NCBI GenBank assembly: GCA_964484005.1
Contig: CAZADR010000003.1
Location: 24,910 to 88,909 of the forward strand
Direction: 5' to 3'
DNA length: 64,000 bases
Source: an uncultured Candidatus Saccharibacteria bacterium
Lineage (GTDB): Bacteria > Patescibacteriota > Minisyncoccia > Phycocordibacterales > UBA9973
In this document: piece after piece, positions 55,661-64,000 of the stretch
How positions within the stretch are numbered: position 1 is the stretch's first letter
How the letters are laid out: each line of letters opens with the position of its first letter
Translations under genes and position numbers: made by a program
Notes under the pieces: generated by a model
What the model was told of the DNA's origin: nothing
Seen by the model: the letters and a program-made list of their open reading frames with translations, nothing else
The model's database searches: none

Positions 55661-57604
55661 ATGAAAATAGTATCGGTAATACCATTTAAAAAAGGAATTC
55701 CAAAGGGAGATTTGACCTATTTTACCAGCTTAGACATACATCTGGGTAATATTGTGTCTGTTCCCGTAAGAAGCAAGGAAACTCTTGCCTTAGTTGTTTC
55801 TATTGAAGAGCTTAAGGAAACAAAGAGCAACATCAAAGGAATGAATTTTAAATTAAGAAAAGTAACCGAAGACAAAGGTGACTCAGTTTTTTTGAAAGAA
55901 TTAATGTATACAATTTTTGATATAAATAAATTTTTTGCACAACATCAAAATAATTCCATCTCTTCTTTAATTCCCAATATATTTATAGAAAAATACGACA
56001 AAATATTAAAAATAAAAAATAAAGAAGAAAAAATAATTGATGACAAGAGAAATCTTCGAGCTGAAAAATTCCTTTTTCAATATGGAATCAAGGAGCGTAT
56101 ATCTGTATATAAAACCCTTGTTCGTGAATCATTTGCAAGAGGAAAGTCTGTTTTTATGGTTTTACCTACTGAGTTTGATATAGAAATATTTTACAAAGAA
56201 CTCTCGAGGGGTATCGAGCAGTTCACCTTTTCTGTACATAGTGGAATTACCCCAAAGAAAAACTTAACGGCTTATGAAGAAATCATTACTTCATCTCACC
56301 CTGTCCTTATAATAGGGACTCCCCCATTTTTGGCTATTCCCAGGAGAGATATCGGAACTATCATCTTGGAACACGAAAATTCTAATGCATACAAGATGAT
56401 AAGACGACCATATTTTGACCTAAGGGTATTTGTGGAAACTTATGCTTCTAAAATAAAAGCTAGATTGATAATGGCAGATGAGATACTTCGATTTGAAACA
56501 ATTGGCAGAATGGAAAGAGATAATTTTTTACCCCTACACCCTCTTTCTTTTCGAATAGATTTTGATGGAAAAATAGAAGTTGTAGAGGCTGCATATGGAG
56601 AGAAGGAAAGAAAAGAAAAAGAATTTAGAATATTTAGTGACGAAACAATTGAAGAAATAACGCAAGTTTTAAAAAGTAGAAAAAATGTTTTTATTTTTTC
56701 TTTGCGAAAAGGTCTTGCCACGATGACCGTCTGTAGGGATTGCGGAGAAAGTGTAAATTGCGAAGAATGCCAAGCTCCTTTGGTTTTATATTTATCACAC
56801 AAGGGAGATAAGAGGATGTTTGTATGCAACCGATGTGAGACAGACAGAGGTGGTGAAAAATTGTGTGATAAGTGTGGTAGTTGGAATTTGATGCCACTTG
56901 GTATTGGCACTGATACGGTATACGAAGAAATAAATAAGTTTTTCCCTAAAGAGAAGATTTTAAAACTCGATAAAGAGTCTGCTAAAACAGCATTGGGAGC
57001 CAAAAAAATCGTAAAAGATTTTAATGAAAACAAAGGTTCAATATTAATAGGAACTGAAATGGCTTTTTTCTATCTAAAAAATAAAATACCTCTGTCTTTA
57101 ATTTCTTCATTTGATTCTCTTTGGAGTATACCAAACTTTAAAATGAGTGAAAAAATAATTCAAATTGTACTTTCTGCGATAGGCAATACTACAGAAAAAC
57201 TTATTATACAGACCAAAAATGAAAAAGATGGGGCAATTTTAGCTATAAAATCTGGAAATCTGCTGTCTTTTGTTCGTGAGGAATTAGAAATAAGAAAAAA
57301 ACTTGGCTATCCACCATTTAAACGATTTATAAAAATTGTATTCCAGGGAGACAAAACAGAAACCCTAAAAGCTAAAAAAATATTAGAGGAAATGTTTGAA
57401 GAATATTCTCCTTTAATTTACAACGGATTTGTTCCTCGTCTTAAAGATAAATATGTAACAAATGCATTAATAAAGATTGATCCATTAAACTGGTCATTGC
57501 CAGAATTTTCTCTAAACTCTTCTTTTGATGAAAATCTTTTTGTAAAAATTTCTTCACTTCCTAGTTCTTTTGAAGTATTGGTCGACCCAGAAGATTTGCT
57601 CTAA
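55661..57604 (+). CDS. Primosomal protein N' (PriA)-like, helicase motifs degenerate
   Basis: N-terminal 3' DNA-binding-domain-like region and a PriA Cys-rich zinc region (CRDCGESVNCEECQ...CNRCE...CDKCGS). No intact Walker A GxGKT. Confidence 0.55.
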   Translation: MKIVSVIPFKKGIPKGDLTYFTSLDIHLGNIVSVPVRSKETLALVVSIEELKETKSNIKGMNFKLRKVTEDKGDSVFLKELMYTIFDINKFFAQHQNNSISSLIPNIFIEKYDKILKIKNKEEKIIDDKRNLRAEKFLFQYGIKERISVYKTLVRESFARGKSVFMVLPTEFDIEIFYKELSRGIEQFTFSVHSGITPKKNLTAYEEIITSSHPVLIIGTPPFLAIPRRDIGTIILEHENSNAYKMIRRPYFDLRVFVETYASKIKARLIMADEILRFETIGRMERDNFLPLHPLSFRIDFDGKIEVVEAAYGEKERKEKEFRIFSDETIEEITQVLKSRKNVFIFSLRKGLATMTVCRDCGESVNCEECQAPLVLYLSHKGDKRMFVCNRCETDRGGEKLCDKCGSWNLMPLGIGTDTVYEEINKFFPKEKILKLDKESAKTALGAKKIVKDFNENKGSILIGTEMAFFYLKNKIPLSLISSFDSLWSIPNFKMSEKIIQIVLSAIGNTTEKLIIQTKNEKDGAILAIKSGNLLSFVREELEIRKKLGYPPFKRFIKIVFQGDKTETLKAKKILEEMFEEYSPLIYNGFVPRLKDKYVTNALIKIDPLNWSLPEFSLNSSFDENLFVKISSLPSSFEVLVDPEDLL

Positions 57605-57607
57605 AAA

Positions 57608-58282
57608 TTAGGCAACGATAACAGTAAACTCCCCTTTTTGTTTTACGGGATTTTTTATTAAATAGTCCAATATTTCTTTTGGTGTACCAGTTTTAAATTC
57701 TTCATAAATTTTAGTAAGTTCTCGAGCAATACAAACTTTTTTTTCTGGACAAAATTTATCTAAGGATTCAAGTGTTTTTAAAATTCTATGTGGAGATTCA
57801 TAAAAAACCATGGTGCGTTTCGCATTACTAATTTCTTTAAATAAAGTCTCTCTACCTTTTTTATGAGGCAAAAAACCCAGAAAAGTAAATTCATGGGTTG
57901 GTAAACCTGAAGCAGAGAGTGCTGTGATTACAGCCGTAACACCTGGAATAGGAACAACTTGAACAGTGTCACCAAGCCTTTCTTTAATTTGAGAAACGAG
58001 TAGTGCTCCGGGATCAGAGATTCCAGGAGTTCCTGCGTCAGAAACCAATGCTAAATCTTTTCCCTCCTCTAATAAAAGAAAAATTTTGTCCATTTTTGCG
58101 AGCTTGCTTTGAGCATGATAGCTCATGGTTGTATTGTTTATGTTGTATTTATCTAAGATTTTCTTTGTCTCTCGTGTGTCTTCACACAATATCAAATCAA
58201 CACTTTTCAATGTTTCAATTGCTCGGAGAGTAATGTCTCCCATATTTCCTATTGGTGTCGCCACTACATAAAATTTAGACAT
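57608..58282 (-). CDS. rsmI: 16S rRNA (cytidine1402-2'-O)-methyltransferase
   Basis: Tetrapyrrole-methylase fold (YVVATPIGNMGDITLRAIETL, LCEDTR). Likely start MSKFYV at 58282; the ORF extends to 58342. Confidence 0.85.
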   Translation of the reverse strand: MSKFYVVATPIGNMGDITLRAIETLKSVDLILCEDTRETKKILDKYNINNTTMSYHAQSKLAKMDKIFLLLEEGKDLALVSDAGTPGISDPGALLVSQIKERLGDTVQVVPIPGVTAVITALSASGLPTHEFTFLGFLPHKKGRETLFKEISNAKRTMVFYESPHRILKTLESLDKFCPEKKVCIARELTKIYEEFKTGTPKEILDYLIKNPVKQKGEFTVIVA

Positions 58283-58310
58283 ATGTTTTGAGTATAGCAA
58301 AATATAACTA

Positions 58311-58350
58311 TAAAAGAAAAAGCCTTGGGCACTGTGGCCCAAGGCTTAAA
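58311..58350 (-). terminator. Rho-independent terminator of the 58370-58903 gene
   Basis: aagccttgggc-caca-gtgcccaaggctt hairpin followed by tttttctttt on the minus strand. Confidence 0.7.
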
Positions 58351-58369
58351 TCATTCGATGTTAAAAAAA

Positions 58370-58903
58370 CTAAACAACCAACTTGAAGACAAAGATATCT
58401 TCACCATCCCACACATACCAAGGTGGGGCAAAGAGTGCATCGAGAGATAGAGTTCCGTCTTCTTTGCACTCTACTACAAACACATCACCGACATCTACTG
58501 TCTCCTTGACTGGAATTGGCTCCATCGCAATTCGGGGGAATTTGTTTTTTGGGTTTATCTCCATGTACTGGTCCAAATATTGGTCTCGCAAAGCAGGACC
58601 AACTTCTGCCGGACATAGATCTCCGACCCTTTTGATGGCATCGAAGATTTCTGTGGTGGTGGCAATCATTTTGCCGGTAAGGTCCACCACGCTTGCTCGG
58701 CAAAGAAAAATCTTCTGCTCCTTTTGGGCCAACGCAAAAGCGGGCTGGCACAAAAAAGCTAAAACCTCTTTCTTAATTTTGAACTTTTCCATTGAAAGAA
58801 GTAGGATTTCAAGTCTCTTGTAGAGACCAATCGTTACTGATCTCCATAGAGAAAACCGTACTTCATGAGTCTGAACTTCCTGTTCAACTGCATGCAAGCT
58901 CAT
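58370..58903 (-). CDS. Hypothetical protein, 177 aa; compositionally foreign (GC around 50%)
   Basis: AAGGAG RBS 5 nt upstream of the ATG at 58903 (MSLHAVEQ...). Its own promoter/operator and terminator. No recognisable domain. The ORF track extends to 58948 without an RBS. Confidence 0.55.
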   Translation of the reverse strand: MSLHAVEQEVQTHEVRFSLWRSVTIGLYKRLEILLLSMEKFKIKKEVLAFLCQPAFALAQKEQKIFLCRASVVDLTGKMIATTTEIFDAIKRVGDLCPAEVGPALRDQYLDQYMEINPKNKFPRIAMEPIPVKETVDVGDVFVVECKEDGTLSLDALFAPPWYVWDGEDIFVFKLVV

Positions 58904-58944
58904 TCTTTCTCCTTTTGTTGTTGTTTTGGTGCAAATATCTAAAA

Positions 58945-58976
58945 ACACAATAACACATATTGTGTAATTGTGTCAA
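58945..58976 (-). promoter_or_regulatory. Promoter -35 (TTGACA) overlapping an operator-like inverted repeat acacaat/attgtgt (x2)
   Basis: acacaat at 58945-58951. attgtgt at 58959-58965 and 58967-58973. tgtcaa (the -35 on the minus strand) at 58971-58976. Confidence 0.4.
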
Positions 58977-58998
58977 TCTAGAATGTATTATACTATTT

Positions 58999-59445
58999 CT
59001 ACTTTCGATACTTTCGAGTGCGCCACTTGTCGGCAATTTTTACTCGAGTAAGTGAGCGTTCTAATTCAGCTTCAAAGTGTTCAAAGTCAACATGTTCTTT
59101 ATTTTCCATCAATTTCTTTAATTCTTCTGCTCGAGTTTTAGCTTTTTCTACAGCTAATTCTGAAAGCTCTCCTATGTGCTCGGCAAAATCTGCCAAGACA
59201 GCAACTTCAGTATCCCCTTTTTCATTTTGTTTTATTTCAACAAAGCCTCCTACCACTGCCATTGGAACATGTTCTCCATTGGTATAAGCCACCACATCTC
59301 CAGAAGTAAGTTTTGTTATTAAGGGTACGTGGTTTGGTAAAACTGTAATTTCACCTAGAGTTGTAGGCAAAGACACTTGTTCTACAAGTTCTTCGAGAAC
59401 TAATTTTTCAGGTGTTACTATTTTTAATTTTAATTGTTTAGACAT
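58999..59445 (-). CDS. atpC: F-type ATP synthase epsilon subunit
   Basis: N-terminal beta-sandwich and C-terminal helical hairpin. 148 aa. Downstream of atpD. Confidence 0.85.
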   Translation of the reverse strand: MSKQLKLKIVTPEKLVLEELVEQVSLPTTLGEITVLPNHVPLITKLTSGDVVAYTNGEHVPMAVVGGFVEIKQNEKGDTEVAVLADFAEHIGELSELAVEKAKTRAEELKKLMENKEHVDFEHFEAELERSLTRVKIADKWRTRKYRK

Positions 59446-59465
59446 TGATTTTGTGAAATCTTTTA

Positions 59466-60836
<1,371 letters not shown>

Positions 60837-60868
60837 TTAATAATTGATTTAACGAAGTTGCTAATAAT

Positions 60869-61795
60869 TTAACTTACACTTGCCATTCCGGCGCTAATTT
60901 CTGATATTTCCCTGGTAATGTTTGCTTGTCTTGCTTTGTTAAACATTAGGGTCAAGTCATCTATCATCTCTCCTGAGGCCTCACTGGCGTTTTTCATTGC
61001 CATCATTCTGGAAGATTGCTCTGAGGCATTTGATTCTAAGAACATCTGATACACTTGCATCCTGGTAAGTTTTTCTGCTAATGAAGTAATCAATTCGTCT
61101 TGGTCCCCTTCAAATAAATAATCTATCTTTTTCTCTGAGTCTTTTTTTATCTTTTCTTTTTCTAGAACATCTTCTGCTAAATTTTCTCCCAAAGTATCTA
61201 TAAATTCTTTTAGGCTTGCTTTGGAGATTGGTAGAATTTGTTTAATGTTTGGTTTTTGAGTTAAAGCAGACACAAAGTCTGTATAACTTATTAAAACTTT
61301 GTCGTAACGAAGTGAATTGTATTCATCGGTTATAAGCTTCGAAATTGGGACAATATCAGAGAGAGAAATATTATCAGGCAAATCAGTAAAGCTCGCTATT
61401 ATATTTTTCCCGACTCTCCTCATAGCTGTGTCACCCTTTTTTCCTATAGCGATAAAATCAATATTAATATTTTTATTTTCAATTTTTAACAATGCGATAG
61501 CTTTTTTAATAACTTGCGCATTATATGCACCACAAAGTCCACGATTTGAAGTAATCAAAACCATTAATATGTTTTTTACTTCTCTGTTTAGGAAAAAGGG
61601 ATTTGTTGATTCTTCTAAATTTTGAGAAACAGAAGTTAAAATTTCCCATGAATATTCTGCATACAGCCGAGAGGACAAAGTAGAAGAAACTGCTCGTTTC
61701 ATCTTTGAAGCAGCCACCAGCTCCATCGCTTTGGTGATTTTTTTTGTGTTTTTAACACTTTTTATTCTTCTTTTAATTTCTTTTGTCCCTGCCAT
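60869..61795 (-). CDS. atpG: F-type ATP synthase gamma subunit
   Basis: 308 aa gamma-subunit architecture, located between the alpha and beta genes. Confidence 0.88.
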   Translation of the reverse strand: MAGTKEIKRRIKSVKNTKKITKAMELVAASKMKRAVSSTLSSRLYAEYSWEILTSVSQNLEESTNPFFLNREVKNILMVLITSNRGLCGAYNAQVIKKAIALLKIENKNINIDFIAIGKKGDTAMRRVGKNIIASFTDLPDNISLSDIVPISKLITDEYNSLRYDKVLISYTDFVSALTQKPNIKQILPISKASLKEFIDTLGENLAEDVLEKEKIKKDSEKKIDYLFEGDQDELITSLAEKLTRMQVYQMFLESNASEQSSRMMAMKNASEASGEMIDDLTLMFNKARQANITREISEISAGMASVS

Positions 61796-61799
61796 TTGA

Positions 61800-63305
61800 T
61801 TAGCTTTTAGTAATATTAGCTTTAAAATCTTCTATTACTTTTTTTAATTCTTCTTCCCCTTTATCGCTCCACATTTTCTTTTCCAACACTTCTTTGTAGA
61901 AAACTTTTGCATTACGCTCGCTGTAATCTATGAGTCCTTTTTCAAACTCTTTAATCTTGGAAATTTCCACATCATCCATATAACCCTTGATAAGAGCAAA
62001 AAGGGTGACGACTTGGTGTTGGAGTTTTACTGGAGCATATTGTAGCTGTTTCAACACTTCCACAGCCCTTTTGCCTCTTTCAAGTTGTCTTTTAGTAGAA
62101 TCATCTAAATCAGAACCGAATTGAGAAAATGCCTCTAATTCCCTAAATTGAGCTAGATCAAGCTTTAGAGTTCCAGCCACTTTTTTCATTGCTTTTATTT
62201 GAGCACTAGAACCTACGCGAGACACAGAACTACCGACATTTACCGCAGGACGAATTCCTTTGTAAAACAAATCTGTTTCAAGGAATATTTGTCCGTCAGT
62301 AATAGAAATAACATTTGTAGGAATATAGGCAGAAATGTCTCCAGCTTGAGTTTCGATTATTGGGAAAGCAGTAATAGAACCTCCTCCATATTTTTCATTT
62401 CGGCGACAAGCTCTTTCTAGTAAACGAGAGTGCAAATAGAAAACATCTCCTGGGTAAGCCTCGCGACCTGGTGGACGACGAAGAAGAAGAGAAATTTCGC
62501 GATAAGCAACTGCGTGTTTTGAAAGATCATCATAAATAATTAATACATCTTTTCCTTGATCCATAAAATACTCTGCGATTGAAACTCCAGTGTATGGAGC
62601 AATATAAGAAAGAGATGCAGCTTCAGATGCACCAGCGGAAACGATGACTGTATAAGCCATAGCACCACCCTCTTCTAATCTCGCTTCTATTTTTCTTAAT
62701 TTTGAATCTTTTTGTCCAATAGATACATAAACACAAATCATATCTTGACCTTTTTGGTTTAAAATTGTGTCTATGGCTATAGCAGTTTTACCAGTTTGTC
62801 TGTCTCCGATGATAAGCTCTCGTTGACCGCGTCCGACAGGAATAATGGCATCGATAACTTTGATACCAGTGGCAACTGGTTGATCGACAGAAAGACGAGT
62901 AACGACTCCAGGAGCAACTTTTTCTATAGGGTATGTCTTGTCTGCTTTTATTGGTCCCTTGCCGTCTATTGGTATACCGATAGCATTTACTACACGACCT
63001 AAAATATTGTCTGAAACTGGAATTTCTAAGATTCTACCCGTGGCAACGACATCATCGTTTTCTTTAATTTTTGAAAAATCTCCCAAAATAATGACTCCGA
63101 CAGCATCTTCTTCTAGGTTAAGGGCAACTCCTCTTTCACCATTTGGAAAAGTAACCATTTCGGAAGACTTTATATCTGACAATCCAGAAACTTTTGCGAT
63201 ACCATCAAATACTTCCAACACCTTACCTACTTTTTCTACCTTAACTTGAGCAGAAAAGTTTTCTATTTCTTTTTTTAAATTTTCTACGATGTTGTTTGTA
63301 CTCAT
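61800..63305 (-). CDS. atpA: F-type ATP synthase alpha subunit
   Basis: P-loop GDRQTGKT. 501 aa. Confidence 0.95.
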   Translation of the reverse strand: MSTNNIVENLKKEIENFSAQVKVEKVGKVLEVFDGIAKVSGLSDIKSSEMVTFPNGERGVALNLEEDAVGVIILGDFSKIKENDDVVATGRILEIPVSDNILGRVVNAIGIPIDGKGPIKADKTYPIEKVAPGVVTRLSVDQPVATGIKVIDAIIPVGRGQRELIIGDRQTGKTAIAIDTILNQKGQDMICVYVSIGQKDSKLRKIEARLEEGGAMAYTVIVSAGASEAASLSYIAPYTGVSIAEYFMDQGKDVLIIYDDLSKHAVAYREISLLLRRPPGREAYPGDVFYLHSRLLERACRRNEKYGGGSITAFPIIETQAGDISAYIPTNVISITDGQIFLETDLFYKGIRPAVNVGSSVSRVGSSAQIKAMKKVAGTLKLDLAQFRELEAFSQFGSDLDDSTKRQLERGKRAVEVLKQLQYAPVKLQHQVVTLFALIKGYMDDVEISKIKEFEKGLIDYSERNAKVFYKEVLEKKMWSDKGEEELKKVIEDFKANITKS

Positions 63306-63712
63306 ATGTTACTTGTTAAATGTTCTTGTAATTTCTTCATCCTGTTTCGTAGTGTCAGGTCTATTATTTCATTATTTACTTCTATCTTTAGCCCACCGAT
63401 TAGTTTTTTGTCTAAAATCTCTACTAACTTTATTTCTCTAACTGAATACCTTTTTATCAATGCTTGAATCAATTCTCTGCCAGTCTTTTCGTTTATTTTT
63501 TCACTACTGTAAACCTTTGCCTCTAGTACTCCCTCATGTTCATTTATAATTTTTTTCAAGTGAGAGAGAATATCTTTTGTTTTTGATAGTAGTCTTTTTT
63601 TAATCAAAAACTGAAGAGTCTTTTTTGCCACCAAAGATTGCTCTTCGTTATTTTTATCTTTTGACGCTAAATATATAGCGTGGGCTATGTTTTTATTTGA
63701 AACTGCGGTCAT
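63302..63712 (-). CDS. atpH: F-type ATP synthase delta (OSCP) subunit, short
   Basis: 136 aa helical protein between atpF and atpA. Its stop overlaps the atpA start. Confidence 0.7.
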   Translation of the reverse strand: MTAVSNKNIAHAIYLASKDKNNEEQSLVAKKTLQFLIKKRLLSKTKDILSHLKKIINEHEGVLEAKVYSSEKINEKTGRELIQALIKRYSVREIKLVEILDKKLIGGLKIEVNNEIIDLTLRNRMKKLQEHLTSNI

Positions 63713-63714
63713 TT

Positions 63715-64000
63715 TTATAAATTATTCAAATCTTGCTTACTATTAAGTAATTTTTCTGTAGCCACCATAGTTAAAGACACAATTTCCTTTTTAGCTTCTT
63801 CCACTATTTTCATCTTTTCTATTTCTAATGTTTTTTTGCCATTTTCTATTGTTGTTGCTACTTCTTGTTTTGCTTTTTCTAGCATTGATATTTTTTCATT
63901 TTCAGCTTCCTTTTTTGTATCTTGAAATATTTTATTCGCTTCCGCACGAGCTTGCGTTAAAACTGCATCATACTCAGCACGAGTTTTTACTAAAAGACTT
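63715..64000 (-). CDS. atpF: F-type ATP synthase subunit b (C-terminal part; 5' end lies outside the window)
   Basis: The open frame runs to the window edge. It is Lys/Glu/Ala-rich coiled coil (…EAENEKISMLEKAKQEVATTIENGKK…) ending LLNSKQDLNNL* just before atpH. Confidence 0.7.
   Translation of the reverse strand, partial: SLLVKTRAEYDAVLTQARAEANKIFQDTKKEAENEKISMLEKAKQEVATTIENGKKTLEIEKMKIVEEAKKEIVSLTMVATEKLLNSKQDLNNL

Noticed and set aside
58383-58823. 146-aa plus-strand ORF and 88-aa minus-strand ORF inside the 58370-58903 cassette
   Set aside because: Same reasoning: no translation signals, and they are antisense to or out of frame with the RBS-supported gene.

Overview
This window reads as a low-GC chromosomal segment (roughly one-third GC by eye) from a small-genome bacterium. 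The gene content and the near-absence of Shine-Dalgarno sequences suggest a CPR/Patescibacteria-like organism. It uses the standard genetic code: ORFs of 833, 751 and 647 aa run without UGA interruptions. The content is almost entirely housekeeping. It includes dnaJ (partial), cysS, trpS, aspS, gltX, serS, recR, dnaB, dnaX, holB, topA, dprA, scpAB and parB. Cell-wall and division genes are mraY-ftsW-murG, murA, alr-ddl, PBP2 and mreB, with M15, M23 and S41 peptidases. Ribosomal proteins L21, L27, L9 and an unannotated L33 are present, as are frr, rsmI, miaA and an F-type ATP synthase operon (atpFHAGDC, truncated at the 3' window edge). There are three tRNAs (Gln-UUG, Leu-CAA, Trp-CCA). I saw no rRNA, CRISPR array, integrase or transposase. 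The main anomaly is a set of at least four single-gene cassettes: 2205-2642 (+), 5551-5784 (-), 34695-34955 (-) and 58370-58903 (-). Each has clearly higher GC and different codon usage from its neighbours. Each carries a strong AGGAG/AGGAGG ribosome-binding site, which native genes here almost never have. Each has its own sigma70-like promoter and its own rho-independent terminator. Their products (145, 77, 86 and 177 aa) match no family I recognise; two are Cys-rich. They look like recent foreign or engineered insertions, and I rate them the best candidates for an undescribed function. A fifth gene with the same partial signature is a phosphoribosyltransferase-family gene with an AGGAGG RBS and an attenuator-like leader. 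Other observations: a sortase operon with an adjacent 4x Cys-repeat substrate carrying an FPVTG sorting signal, plus secreted cytochrome b5, DoxX and a nearby rubredoxin; a GC-rich element flanked by inverted repeats between recR and dnaB; a 20-nt duplication of the tRNA-Leu 3' end in front of murA; a GC-rich candidate ncRNA next to tRNA-Trp/rpmG; repeated operator-like sites around a YerC/TrpR-like regulator; and a PriA-like protein whose Walker A motif appears to be lost. Coordinates of features I delineated by hand may be off by a few nt.
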